A DNA stretch of 64,000 bases from Epiperipatus broadwayi (GCA_028023455.1 JAQFVV010000002.1:17484001-17548000); one strand, 5' to 3'; numbered from the stretch's first letter, positions 11,252 through 25,972 are shown. Notes: generated by a model from the letters alone, not told the origin. A program made the numbers and translations.

Positions 11252-14223
11252 CGCTAGGGTAGCTTCAGATACTAGATCTAAAAACACCAACCCAAAGCCA
11301 GCATTTATCTAAAAATGGCACAAAAACACAGTGAAGAAAAAGAAGTTCAGAATCAGTTTTATATGAAACAAAAATATCAAACCTTTTCATGCAATTAATA
11401 AAATTTATGCTGATTTTGGTTATTTTAGAACAAGAGAGGCTGGGTATACAGTTATGGATGTAAGAAAATGTATAAGAGATGAAGATGTTATTAATTTTTT
11501 TTTGTTTTGTTTATAATCCAATAAATTTAATTAAATTTAATTTAAAGGATTAAAGTGTACACAAATTACATTTTTTTAAAATCATAAGAAAAAAGTACAA
11601 ATTAGATGTGAGTTAATTCCTATTTTAATAGAATCATTAACAAATGGCAGTGTGCTCAGATGCAACTGCCACAATTCAGATTTTTAGTCTGTGTTTTTAA
11701 CATTTGAATTGATTGTTGAATTCTTAATATAAAATGGTTAATCAAAGCAGTAATATTTTATCAAGTCATTAGTTAATTCTAGCTAAATATTTTAGTTTCA
11801 TATAAATTAACAATTTTGCTTGTCTAAAAAGAATATTGATGCTCTACTATGTAATATTATTTGTAATTTTAATTTTTTACATACGATGATGAAAACATTA
11901 GGATGTTGAAGAAGATACATCTTTGACAATATTAAGTTTTCACCATTTCTGCTGAGATATAAGTTCTAGAAAGCTCATTTTTTAAATTGTAGTTTATTCT
12001 GAGAAATTCTAATAGGTTAAGCAAGTTACTTCTATTATTCAAGTCATATCTTATGCTAAAAGAAGAGTTGAATGTTTCTAATTTAGTGGCTTTTCATAAA
12101 ACATGACTTTCAGCTGCTCATTTGCTGTAAAATAGATTACAATATCTTGAACAGCAATAAGCAATGTAGATGGCAAACCATGTCATAATAATTAAAGGCT
12201 TTTAACAAATGCTGCTACAATCTTTCTGTACTATAAATGTTCTAGTAGAGGTTTATAGACCCTGCTAAATTATGTGTATACACAATCCTTCAGATCACTG
12301 CAATGAAGTGAATTATGACAGTATCATGAACAGTAAAGTTAAAAAACCATAGAACAGTCAAAATCACTTTGTCAAATCAAAATACATTTCAAAAAAAATA
12401 TGAAGTTAAAAGCAATAGTCTCAAATGCTATGAATCAAATAATAATTTAAAATTTATGTTATTAAGCCAGGGAGCCTACTGCTTCCAAAATGTCCTATTT
12501 TTGCATACTGAGAAATTTAAGAAATAGGGATCATGGACTTAAAATGATGATCATAATTTACCATTTCTAAATAAATATGGCCATTTCAATTCCAATAAAA
12601 AATAATACAACTAATACATTAGAGATTAATTTTGTATTAACTTTATAAATGAGTCTCCGAAATACAAACTATGCAAGTTGTTATTCTACTAATTTGATAT
12701 TTCAGGATGTTATTTGTTATCTTGTCTTATTATAGCATTTGTAATGCCAGCCATATTTTCCTAATGAAAACAATCAGTATTGCTTTGGTTTGGAATCCTT
12801 TGAGACATTTTCTAATCCCTCCCCTTTCCAAAAAAAAACCTGTTCTTAAAATCTTTATGAATTTTTTAAATAGATTTTGTATTGTTCATTTGTTTGTTGT
12901 GTTCAATTTAATAAACATCTGGTCTTACAGAAGTGAATCTTGTAGTACCACATCCAGCAAAGAATATATTGGTTAGTTGTATATTCTTGTCATCATACTT
13001 TTAGAATATTATGGAGCATATTTGAATGAAATTTTTAAAATTCCTTTATGTTACAGTGATAAGAGATCCAAGTTTGACTTTTATACATTAAATTGGAGGT
13101 GGATGTTATATAACATTGCAAAAGTTATATCATTGTGCTGAAATAATCTACTTTTTAACTTGTTAAAAGTAGCAACACATTTGATTGTATATTGCAGTTT
13201 TATACCAAAGATTACTTTCTACTTAAAAAGCTATTGGCTGTTATTCTAAAGTTGACAACTATCCAAACTTGAATCCTATCCAGTGAAAATAGTTTTAGGA
13301 CATTATTGTAAATCCAGAAGATTGTGTGATTTAATTTAAGTTCCACCAAAGTGAAATCAAAGTTATATGTAGTACTAGATGTGATATGTTGGACTATTTT
13401 CATCATCTATGAGTGAATGTTGAATGTACATAAAATTTTAAACTTTATTTAAACTTTCAAAATACAAACAACTTGTTAGTAATAACACACAAATGCACCA
13501 TGTTTCGAGTAATAGTATTTTCTATTTGTAATACTAATACTTTCTTTCATTCTGTTATGTAGGAGCTATATAATATGAATATATTTTGGCAGACAAGTAA
13601 TTAATTTAAACAATGCTATATAGATTTGTCTGATTTAATAGACAAATATCTTAACAAAAAATCAATAAAAGTAATATATAAATCCGTCTTTTTCTTAATA
13701 TTTGCCTGATTAAAAAAAAATCATTTTTATAATGTTTCTTGATATTTTAAACTACACTTCATCAATGGCAACCATTTATCTATGACTGAAAGTAACCTAT
13801 TCAACAAAACCTTTGAAAAATTTTTAGTGGGGTAATGGATAACAATGATATTTCATGATAATTACTGCATAGTTATAGGCTTACATATATATATATATGT
13901 GTGTGTGTGTGAGTGAGTAATTATTGGAATGAATCTCTTCTTGCAGACTTGAATTAGATATTGTTAGCATACCAATCGCTTACACTCTATATATGCATGC
14001 TTCAGGTAAAGTCTGTCTTCCTCACGTATGCTAAATCTTGATTTTCTATAAATATTCTAGGATGGATTGCAATCATAACTTGTCACATTAATAGAAATTT
14101 CATGATGTATGTGTATATTATAATATTTATAAGTTTACAGCTATGGCGTAGTTTGGGTAAGGAATTAAATAATATTTTAATTTGCGAAGTGCAGATAGTT
14201 GAAAATTGAAATAAATTGAGATA

Positions 14224-14616
14224 CTGCCAAATCTCTAGTGCTCATTATAATACTTATCTGACAGCCAATCAGATGTCATGGATAGTTGTCCAAATGACAT
14301 CCAAACATTAACACACAACAAAGATTTTACGAGAAAAAAGCAGCCACTCTTTTCTCTACTTTTTTTTCTATATATCTAAGCCAGTCATAAGTATTTAGGT
14401 TTGAAAGCTTGAAGCTTTAAATATCTTCACAATTAACTCACTGAGTCTAAATCATAAACGTACAATGCAAAATCCTATGATTTACTACGTAGTAGTTTTT
14501 AGAATACATAAAATCTTTGTTGTGTGTGTAGATTTGGATATCATTTGGACAGCTATCCATGACATCTGATTATTTGTCAGATAAGTATTATAATGAGCAT
14601 TAGAGAGATTTGGCAG
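14224..14616. mobile_element. MITE with ~100-bp terminal inverted repeats, TA TSD (Tc1/mariner-type)
   Basis: ta-ctgccaaatctct...agagatttggcag-ta; arms align over ~105 bp. Confidence 0.8.
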
Positions 14617-15454
14617 TAAGAAATTAAAATAATTCTGCTTATAAGATATTGAAGTCACATAGATGCCATTTATTTAATAGATTAATTTCAGCTCTAAAAA
14701 TTGTAGTAGAAGTTAATGAGAATTATTCCTAATTTTAAAGAAAAATTATTTAAACATGTAATGCTTTTTTTTTTTTTACAAAACTAACTAATGATGATAG
14801 GTGACTTCTACAGACATAAGTCACAAATCATTTCTTACTATTTATTGGACTGGATGATCAAAACATAACATCTATCTTTTTTTTTAAATCACAAATAAAC
14901 ATACTATAGACATGAGTTCTTGTAAATACATTAAGTAAATATTATCTTCACTCATAAATAAAATTTTGGATTCTCATAACAATATACTCAGAATATCAAA
15001 TCTTTTACCATTATTCTGTTTAGTAACAAGTATGCTTTTTAATGGGAATAATTAAATGAGCAAAACATTTTTTATCAATCTCATTATAATTCATACTAGT
15101 GTTTTGTGCAAGTAAACAAAAATCATTATGATTAAAGATATGTAATGATATTTTCCCTTTGTTACTGGACTTATGAATTATGCTGGTGTGTATGTAATTT
15201 TTAATTTTTTAATGAAAGTTAAAAATGATTAAAAAGAAAATATCTTGTTAATAGTAATGAGTAAACAAATATTAATAACTCTAACATTATTTTATTTTAA
15301 ATTCATATTAATTATATAATGAATTTTTGTTTTAATTATACATTGAGCTATTTTTATCATCTACTAGTAATTGATAGACTTAATTTAAAATTTTCAAATG
15401 CATTCAACTATTAGTAAAACAGGACATAAGTTTACTATATAATAAAAAAATCTG

Positions 15455-15840
15455 CTTTCTTCTTCTATTCCTGGACTAACAAGTGATCATGCTAACATCG
15501 ATGATGTTCTAATCAATTAATCTAATCTATCAAAATAAGTTAGTAGAAATTTCATATATTTATATATGAGAATCCTCCTGATTTCCCACTATTCTTAAAG
15601 ATATACCTTCATAGATAAGAATATGAATTTAAAGGCTTCTAGAAGAAAGGAAAATATTATCATTAATGTTATGTTATATACTAATATGTGTGCTACTAAC
15701 AGTTGAACTATTTAAAAAATTTAAATAAAGTTTGAAATTATTTAACGTCATTTAACAATTAATATTGGATGATGGAAATAATCTAACATATAATTACAAC
15801 TAAAATACACCATCACAAAATTTCAGACAAACCTCATACA
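15455..15840. mobile_element. Old rearranged copy of the family D PLE terminal region
   Basis: tagaaatttcatat..tcctgattt and aaataaagtt..gatgatggaaata..catcacaa blocks shared with 46040-46330 and 61690-62060. Confidence 0.5.
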
Positions 15841-16080
15841 TTTTATATGTTTGATTTTTATTTTTATTTTTTGATTTGTGCATTTAATGGGAAAAGATTG
15901 TTATTGTTGGTTTAGGCTATTATTAATAGTGAAGATTGCTATTACAGATTTAGAATAATATTTAAAAAAAAAAAAAAACTAAAGTTATATAGTAAGATGG
16001 AATAATATAAATTTCTATATAATAAAGCACTACGTAAAAAATTATGAATTACTATCAGCAGTGAAAATGTTTTTTTTTTT

Positions 16081-16171
16081 TTTCATATGTCAAATGCATT
16101 GACCGGGAAGCAAACCCGGGGCAGCCGTCTGGAAGGCAGCCATGCCAACCACTAGGCCACGAATGCATTGA
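16081..16171 (-). mobile_element. tRNA-Gly(TCC)-derived mini-SINE (tRNA-like body 16095-16166)
   Basis: GCATTCGTGGCCTAGTGG...CTTCCAG...GGGTTTGCTTCCCGGTCAATGCA; degenerate T-loop; poly(A) tail; TSD-like cagtg(a/t)aaatgttttt. Confidence 0.8.
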
Positions 16172-18995
16172 CTTCAGTGTAAATGTTTTTTAAGATAATT
16201 AATATTCTATTGTAGTTAATTACTGAAAAAAGAGAGAATAGACACAAAGGACAAATAATTTTACATGTCCAACCTTTAAATCAATTATGTTAAAATTCAA
16301 ACCTTATTCTTTAAAATTTAATAATAAATGTATATATAATGGAAAATATGTTTATGTTGTATTTTTTATAAATCTGCAGTTAACTTCTTGACTGTAGCTA
16401 GAAGTTTAGTGCTAGATTCTTAATTATATTAATATAAACATTAATAATACTTTAAGATAACAAAGTTTTTATTACTGTTAAATATTGAAAAGTAATGATG
16501 ATATCAGGCATACAAAATTAACAGAATTGAAGTACTAGATTTATTTGACTTTTGAAGCCTTTAGTTCAATGGGCTTGTCATTTTTACTTTTCACTAGTTA
16601 ACAGCTTTAAAAACTTAATTTTAATTCTTAAAAAATATTTATAATATTGATAATATTTCAGATGTGATTCAAATATATTTTACTAATTATTTAACTTTTT
16701 AGTCATGATAAAAATGTTTTACATTAAACATTGGTCGTATTTACAGATATCATAATGTATATTATTTACTTATATTAGTATAGGAAATGTTTTATATTGG
16801 TTGTCTATCTTATTTATCTATGTATTATATGGGATCATATTATTAATTTACTGGTCGTTATACTTGATAGCAGGAAGGGTACAGATTTGTGCACTAAAAT
16901 AATAGATACATTTTTCATTATATTGTTTTAAAATTTAATATTTTTGAAAAAAATAGTGCCATGATTATAAACATCAACAAGTATAAATGCACCCACTCTA
17001 CAGGCCAAGCAATCCTATATATAAATGATCTTATCTCAAATTATGCTGAGTTTAGCATCTTTGCATTTTTAAAATGTAATAGTTTGCATTGCTATCAAAA
17101 TTCAGATTTATTTCTAAATCATTACAGATATTTATTTATGAATGATCAATATATATGTATGCATGAATAAAATCTGGAAATTGCATTTATAAACAATGTA
17201 ATTGTTAATTATGACATACAGTGTATACACATAGGTTATGTATATAAGAGATTTATAAATTATACACATTCTATTAAGCTTGTTTAAATGATAATTTATG
17301 GTACCATTACCTTTTATAAGTTTCTGAGTAATACATAAATTTGTCATTAATGTTAAACATAATAAAAACAAACATTTTATGATATTAACGACTAGGAAAA
17401 AATATTATCACATTCAATCAAAACAAGTATGTTTTATAATTTATTATTTGCTCATTAACAGTAATAAAATCATTAACTTTCATTTTAATGACACTAAAGA
17501 ACATATTTATAAGCCAATTAATTTCTATATATACTCTTATCATTATTATTACATACAATTCAAATTAAGTACATTTAATTACTTTTGAGAAAGATAAAAT
17601 TGACTAATTTATCAATAAGCCTGTAGTACTTATATTGTAGTTTTTGGCTTTAAGAAATCAAAATCAGTTCATATGCTGTAATAAATAATAATGTTTTGGT
17701 CGATTAAAATTTTAATGTTTTCTCATTTTTCTCCTATTTTATCAATGAATCGTGCCATAGTCATTATTAAATGATGAGGGTAATCTTAGTGAACCCAGCA
17801 AATCCAGGCTCTCCCACTCGTACATCTCTACCTTGCATTTTAGTTTCATGAAATTTTTAAAAATTAAGTATGTAGTTTACTGTGATATTATTAATACTCT
17901 TTTCAGTTATTACTTTCTTTATTATGAATTTCATATTACGATTCTTAGTAACATACTTATTTAATTGTCTTTTTGTAGAAAATTCCAAGAATTTAATCGA
18001 TTTATTATGTTTGCATGAAGAAATAGCAAAAAAACCCATTAAGACAGATTTTGTTCTCTCTTTTTTTCCTTTCCATTTTCCACTAATAAGAAATAATCTC
18101 AGAAGTTTTTGGTATATGGTTTACCATAATGGTAAAAGGAAAGAATTGAGAACTAAAATTTTGGGAACGAAGGTCAAAGGTTCACTTCCAATGCTCAAAT
18201 TTCACCTGATTTTCTGCTGAGCTGTTATAGCAGAATGTTACTTCATATACTGTTCCTGTAATCAAATAATATTTGCATATTAATTTTTGGTATTTAGTTA
18301 AAACATTTTCAGCAAAGGGATTTGCACTGAGCACAATGATCAAAAGAGAAAATACAAAGAGGCTTAAGTTCATTGCACACAATACCTATGCGATAAATAA
18401 AAAAGATTCATGCATTGCACTACCATGCAATTAATATATGTAAATTTACAAATTAATTAATTTATATGTTTATTCTACTACAAAACTGTCATTGTGGTAT
18501 GAAAAGAACCAGCCTGCTCGAAAGCAATGCTAAGCTGTAAAATAATTACAATTGTTTAACCTTTCCTGTATAGTGGACTTTCTCTAATTACTGAAGTTAC
18601 ACAAGCTATAATATTTTTTATTTATAATATTTTTAAAAGTGATAGCTAGAAGTTTTTTTGTGTGTGTGTTAAAATATTTCTGACAAAATGCATATTATTA
18701 GAAATAAAAACCCTTAGATAAAAATTTAACGCTCAACCATTTTTCAAACTTTTATCATTATTTTTTCATTTGAATCAAACTAGAAGCTAAAAGAAATTTT
18801 CAACTATTCTTATATGATAAAATGATCTTTTAATAATCAAATCAAAAATATTGCAATCTTAATATTAAGCAATATATATATAGTTTAGGATCAAATTATA
18901 CTTATTCTATTCCAGTGCTGCCATCTAATGTAAGCTTTAGTAATTAATAAATATTATATAGTACTGCTCATCAAATTTATGTTCATTATAACTTA

Positions 18996-19070
18996 TTCAT
19001 ATTCCCATACTAGTTTCTGACTTATGGTTTTCATCAATGAGGAACTTAATCCTGGATTCAGTGCAAATAG
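18996..19070 (-). mobile_element. Old family B fragment with decayed HHR
   Basis: Minus tcctca-ttgatga-aaaccataagtca-gaaactagta-tggga matches the family B HHR. Confidence 0.55.
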
Positions 19071-19509
19071 AGTCTTTGTACCTAATACACTTTTTATACA
19101 GCCACTATGTTTTACTCTTTTTTGTATTAATAAATTATCAACCTGAAATTCAAAAACAACTTAATGTTTTTTAGCAATCCTAGTTAAAAGATAGTGGATG
19201 TTTGCAGTTGTTATAAGATCTATAATTACTGAATTGGTGTCAGATTATATAACTATGGCTTTGATTCAGACATTAAGATATTTTGATTTCAGATTAGTAG
19301 CATGACAGTAAAAAAAAGTAAAAGTAACTTCTGGATGAAAGATATATTAAATCCAAAAAATCCAGATGCACTGGTTCAACTCCTCACTGCTGAAGACTTA
19401 TAGATAGCTATACTGGATATGAATTTAATTAGTATTAAAATCTAGTTTCTATTGTTATTCCTATTTATAATAGATGGCAACACTGGAATAGCTGAGATAT
19501 AGCAACAGA

Positions 19510-19915
19510 GAATATATATATATATAAATGGAAAAATATGGGTAATTTAGTCTGCAAATTGTGAAAGGAAGGTATAGAAAATATTAGGCATCTGTTGATT
19601 AAATGTAAATGCTTGAAAGCAGAAAGGTACAAATAATGAAGTTATGGGAGAATAAATATGAACAAAGTGACTATACAGAAAGTGGGTTATTGGTTTTTAT
19701 GCTGGGTTTGGGAAAAGATAAGAGGGATTTAGATATAAAGGCCATAGAGTTGACAAAGATTGTGTTGTGGAAATGGGTTGGAGCAGATTATGGGAAAGCT
19801 TAGGGTGGAGAATGGAAAGGGAAGGTAAAGTGGCTAGCAGGTTTCTCTTGGCATAGTTGCTGACTCCGTATAAGGAGAAAGCCACAGAATATCATATCAC
19901 ATCACATAGAGTTCT
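19510..19915 (+). mobile_element. 3' fragment of the CR1/L2-group-like LINE
   Basis: Homologous to 47720-48100 and to 35790-36050 (minus); (CATCA)-like tail. Confidence 0.65.
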
Positions 19916-21787
19916 TCCTAAAAAGCATTATGCAAACTGAAGTTATGTGATATATTTTGGTAATATATATATATTGCCTTTTAGCAACATTACTGAATAA
20001 AACAATCTGTCAGTCTCTTCACAGAAACATCAATCCCAAATTGAAAATTTGAATTGCTGTCAAAAAAAGAAGAGGGTGTGATGAATTTAAGTTATGTGTG
20101 GGGCCACACTGATATCAGAAGGTGAGTCAGAAGAGAATGTTTTGTTAAAGGAGATAATACAAACTGGTGTATAAAATGGCATAAAGTAATATTTTGAATT
20201 AAGTTTCAAATAGCAGAAAAATCATATGATGTAGCTACTTTATTAAAAGCAAAACCTAATAAGAAACAATACAAAAAAATGTTGATTTATAAGATATTTT
20301 ACAAATGTTTCTCCATTAGTCTCTAAACTCTAAGCATGTACATTTCTTTCTAATCTACAATATATAAACTATGAAGGTAATAAATATAATCTTATTTGCC
20401 TCTACGACATTTTTTTTTTATAAATGGTAAATAATTAAATTTTTTAAAGCTGATTAAAGAAACTTAGTTATCTGTAAGTCTATAATAATTAAAAATACTG
20501 GAAAATAGATGTTAACATTATCTACTTTCTATAGCCTTTATTAACCAGAATATTACTTTTCACTTGGGCAGTTGTAGTTCGTGAGTTATTAATTTAAAAT
20601 TTTTAAAAAATTGAAGTGAAAAATATTACTACACACAGAAAACTTAATAATGAAAAAACTATTACATACAACATCATCTATTGGGAATTTTTTTTTATCA
20701 ATTCCACATTAGTGAAATTTGTTAATTTTAAATTAAATTTGAAACATTTTTCTTTTCATAAATATTAAATGATTATTTTTTAAAGATGAATAAAGAATCA
20801 GTCAAAATAAATGCAGCGACCTCTAGTCAAAATATCTTTGCCATTGATAAATCTCATTAATCAAAATTAGTGCAAGAACTTTTAGTCAACTATAAACTAA
20901 AAAGAATAATATTTAAGCTTTTAAAATATAAAAATGTTTTTTTTTTAAAGCAAACATTTTTAACTATATCAAATAGAATATTTCCATCTGATAAATAATT
21001 AATTGATTTTTTTGTTGTTGTTGTTGGATAAAAATTATAAAGAAAATCATACTATTTTAATTCAAACTAGGACAAAATACGATATTTTATAATGGTACTA
21101 AAAACTAAATGGTTGTTATTTAAAACTCTTAAGACTTAATTAAACTTTGTATTGTATAAGTCTTAATATTTGCTAATAAATACTTTTAAAAATCACAAAA
21201 ACAATACCTTCTATTCTTTCTCAGTTAAATTTTTGTGTTTAAACTCTTATTTGATAGTAAAAAGATACCCTAAAAGTATTATTGATTGATTAATCTAAAA
21301 TGTTAATAATTAACTCGTCAATCTTTTAAAATCAATTGTACTAAAAGCATAACAAGAATAATCATAAAATTATTATTATATGTAAATAAATATACCAAAC
21401 TTCTTTTTAAAACTTGTTTTTTATATGACTATAATAAAAATATTTTTTTAACTTTTATTGAGATTGTTTGTAAAAGAAAAGGTGTTGAGGTAAAGAGACT
21501 TGAGACACAATTTTCACAATAACTTCAGTTTTAATAATGTTAGAGCAAAAAACTTTACATTGATAGAAATTAGAAAAACGAATGAAAAGAATAAGGCTAA
21601 GACAAATAATGATTACAGTTTAAAAAATAAGGAAAAAAAGAAATTTCAACATCTAACATAATTATTACTTTATTGTTTGTTCATAATTTCTAATTTATCA
21701 TTAACTAAGTTTAAATTACATCTTCATTGATAATTTCTTTGTATTCCTCACAAAATTATCTTTCAAACCATATATAATACTTCTTAC

Positions 21788-21884
21788 CTGAGATAATCCA
21801 TAGCTTCAGAATCTCCAAAAGTATTCACATAAGAATTCTTCATTTTTATCTTGTACCCCAAAAGTTGACAAATCTCAAAGGCGT
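21788..21884 (-). CDS. 97-nt internal exon (phase 1 to 2), DAFEICQLLGYKIKMKNSYVNTFGDSEAMDYL; unknown protein
   Basis: tttttcttatag acceptor, ag|gtaaga donor, open frame in phase with corrected exon 22811-23104. Confidence 0.65.
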
Positions 21885-22810
21885 CTATAAGAAAAAGATT
21901 CATCCTAATAAAAGATACAAAACAAATCATTTCCAGAAGGTGGATATGCATTTGTCATCATAACAATTGGCTTCTTGTCTATCTAAAACTAGAAATTGTA
22001 GGCTACTGTCTGTATCACTGATATGAGTTTCATCTCTTCATTTTATATCTTTTGTGTATGTCAGTGATGTTTATATTCTTTATGCACACCAGTGATGCTA
22101 TCTTGTTATATTTATTGTCCCACAGACATATAATTTATTTGCATATAGCTCATTTGCTAGCTATAGACTTGAAAATAATGTGATGCAAGATGTGGCAAAA
22201 CTACTGACTCCACAGCATGAGTATCAAGGCATAGGCAAGAATCAGAATTTGATTCTTTGCCTGCATACAATTCCATGTGGTATATGCATAACCATTGTGG
22301 CTACCACTATACACACACCATTTGAAATCTCTCTTTATTGGTTAAGTGTTTATATTTTCACATGGTACTATGCCCAGTAAATTTTGTGATAGCTTTATCA
22401 ACTGAAACCTTTTTGTACATTTGATAATCAGTCTATTTTTACATTGCACTGCTCTATATATGTAAATCATTACTGTTATACAAACGCAAACATAAATATA
22501 AACACAATAAATCATTAAACCTTTTGAGAATCATTATGTCTATAAAATAAGGTTGCTTTAAACTTGAATCAGAGACCCAAAAAATTACACTGTATATAAA
22601 AACCACTTTTGTTACAAATTTATTTATTGTATAATAGAGATACAGTACAAAAAACACTTTTGTTCTAAATAAAAAATAAAATAAATAAATATTTTTATAC
22701 ACTGTATAATAAAATACGTAAGTGATTTAATATTATACAATTTATATATTGCAATTTTTGCACACATGTTTTTATCAAATAATAAATAAAATAAGTCTAA
22801 ACTATCTCAC

Positions 22811-23104
22811 CTGTAATAGAGAACTTCAAACCTGGAGTCTTCATAAAATTTTCTATATTTACCTGTTCTGCAATTATGTTCAGAGACATATTATTATTAT
22901 TAGATGAAGGGCCCAGTCTACTGCTAACATTCGCAGACACATTTTAGTTTTTTCTTTGCATTTTGGCTAGTAATGGGGTTTTTCTTCTTCTTCCAATGTC
23001 AAAGCAAAATATTGTAAATCACTAGACATAATGCTATCCTCAGAATCAAAGGGCCTAAAAGCAGCAAACTCCTCGGAGCTGGTAGAATTTGTTTCTGAAT
23101 CCAT
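22811..23104 (-). CDS. Probable first coding exon MDSETNSTSSEEF...MKTPGLKFSIT with two +1 frameshifts in A-runs
   Basis: ATG at 23104, donor cag|gtgaga at 22810; removing one A from each of two homopolymers gives 292 nt (phase 1), matching the next exon. Confidence 0.6.
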
Positions 23105-25147
23105 TTCTGCCGTTTGTTTTATTTACGTACTATTTTTCCGTATAATGTAATAAATTGAGAAAATAATAATAATAATAATAATAATTGACCTTATTCATAA
23201 AAAAAATAATTAAAAAATCATTTTTTGTCAGAAAAAAATATGGCTTATACTTACTGAAAGAGAAAAAAAAGTGCAGAGACCAAAGGTATAGTCGCATGTA
23301 TAGTCTCCTGAGTTTTTCTGCAATTTAAAAAAGAATACAAAAATTTCAGTGAATCAGCACACAAACATGCAATGCACAGTATGAAAGCAACCTAAAAGAA
23401 GTTTTTTTAAAAAAATGTCAAGCTGAAAATCAGTCCTAGAATCTTTTGAATCACCACTCTCTTTCTCTGCTAAATCACACTAGGAAATATAGAGTGACTT
23501 TAGATTTAGTACAATTTAGTTTCAAAATCAAGCATTGTGATTATTTCTCATTTGAATTATGAGCATAGTATTATTACTACTACTGCAAAGTTCTCTGTTG
23601 TAAGTTTAAATAGTAAATGAACACGAGACCAATCTTCAGCTTATAATAGATGATTTTGAAGTATGTAAAGTAATCATTGCTTATTATGCAAAAATTAAAG
23701 ACTTTAAACTTTTTCAAATTAAGACTCAAGTATAAAACTGACATAAAAAAAAAACACGAATCTCTTTCAACCTCTGCAACAGACATAAAATGATTGTTGA
23801 GAATATTATATAAAAAATATTAATAAGACATAAAAATAGTTATTAAAATAAGAAACAAATATAAACTTTAAGAAAAAGTTAATCTTTTATTTATAAAAAA
23901 GCAAAAGAAACTTTTTATCTCCATATATTTAAAATTTTAAAATGCAAATTATATAAAAGAGAAATTCATAAACTATTTTAAAAACTTTAATATTAAGAAT
24001 AAAGTATTATATAATAAAGTATAAGAAAAAGGAAAGGGGGAAAAGCAGATTTTTTTATTGACTTGGCTAGTTAAAGTGATAAGTATTACCATTGTAATAA
24101 GAAATCATGTTAAATTTAAGAAATGTATGTAGATCAAATAGGTTTATCCAATTAAATTAATAATATATAACTCAATCATATAACAGATTCAAGCCCTGAT
24201 TTTAACATAGTAAACAAAGACTGGTTTATTTATAAATATGCTCTAAACATAGGTATACACTTATGCTTTTACCATCGATGCTTATGGGTGAGTGCAAGAA
24301 GATTTATAAAGCACATGGCTGGCAGGATTGTTCCTTCTTTATAATATTACATACATAGGCTGCACTATATAAATAACAATATTTATTAATAGTATAGTTA
24401 AACTGTAAATTTGGATACTATAATTACTCAGTTGAGAAGAATTTGGCTCTATAATATTTTCAAACTGAATATTTATCCAAAAGTTTTGTTAATAATCAGA
24501 AAAGATTAAATTAACCCAGTTTAAAAATTTATTATACTAATTTCTAGATCAAGGATTCAGTCAAGCTTAAAATTTTGAATTTGAAAAATTGTAGGCATCA
24601 TAGTAAGCAGCTAACAATTATCAATGTAGTCAACCAAGCCAATAAATTTGTTCATTGTTTTATGTATTTATTTTTGTTGTTACTAATTCTTTATTCTTAA
24701 TGTCAAAACGATCATTTTTTTTAAACTTCAATAATGTTCTATATTTTTAATAAGTTTGATTTTAAGATTCCTTTATCTTTTTTATATTTTATTTGGCCTT
24801 TTTAATTACCTTTTATAAAGAATACACTACAATATTTTAATTATTATTGAAGATGGTATGATAATAAGAAGTTATTTCATTTACTAGATTAAGTTATGAG
24901 AAAGGGAATTGTAACCAATGATAAACTATTTTACTACAGTGAACAGTTGTCACTTGATCATATTTTTTATTGCTTTAATACCTCATTTGTCATTTGATAA
25001 AAAACTTTATTACAATTTTAAAAATGAAGATACATCTTATATTAGGTACATACTGTTAAAAATATGTTTAAAATTATATAAAAACTTAAGTATATAGATT
25101 TTCATTTTCAGAATATAAAAGTTTTTTTTTTTATCATTTGAATTTAG

Positions 25148-25246
25148 GAAATTCCTTTACTCTACATTGGTTTTCACCAAATAGTGGCCCACTGTTACGA
25201 GGAGTTGCTTCCTTAGCTGCTGCTGCCGTACTGTATAAATGTCTCA
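25148..25246 (+). CDS. 99-nt exon of a divergent PhzF/PBLD-like (phenazine biosynthesis-like) gene: NSFTLHWFSPNSGPLLRGVASLAAAAVLYKCL
   Basis: AG/GT boundaries (tttag|, ctca|gtgagt); resembles the PBLD segment [27 protein letters not shown] (recalled, not aligned by software). Confidence 0.7.
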
Positions 25247-25972
25247 GTGAGTTATTTTAGTTATATTATAATTTTATATTTGATTTAAATTTTATTATAC
25301 TTTGTACATAATTTGAGCTCTTATTATTTATGTTAGTTTATTATGATTTTAAAACCCTACTAAGTTAATTATATATTAGCAACTTTTTATAAATGAATAT
25401 AATTCTTACTAATTGTAAAAACAAACAAACAGAGAAACACAGATAACAAAAATTAAAGATTAATTTGATATGATTATGCAAATCACTCTATTAATTGTTA
25501 ATGTAATCACATATATTAAACACTGGCTCTGTAATTGATGTATTTATTATTTTGATGGTGTTTTTATAACTTCTGATTTTTTTTTCTGAAAGACCTTTCC
25601 TAATTGTAGTTTTTTATTGTTTTCTATCATCTACATTCTTCCATTAAGAACAATCAATATTGCAATAATGATCTTTGAAATAATATTTATAAGTTAAATA
25701 GGATGTGCCTTTTCACAAAAACCATGTTCAGATTTACTATAAAATATTATTGTAGAAAGTTTACTATGATTGATTCATTTTAAATGCACATTCCAATGAA
25801 GCTGTTTTATATCAACACATCCAGAAAGCTCAACATATCCATTGATTTGGTGATAATTTTATAATATTGTAGAACATCCTTAAATAATAAAATCATTTTT
25901 TTGTTATATGATGACAAGGATCTATAGTTAACTTTTACTTAATAAATTTAGCAACTAATTTAGTTGAATCAG

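Noticed and set aside
11950-13400. Possible hAT transposase or PLE remnants (also 26740-27600, 48500-49000)
   Set aside because: Only faint motif echoes; strand and class could not be fixed by eye
20085-20125. RNase H-like WGHTDI
   Set aside because: Single short motif without flanking support
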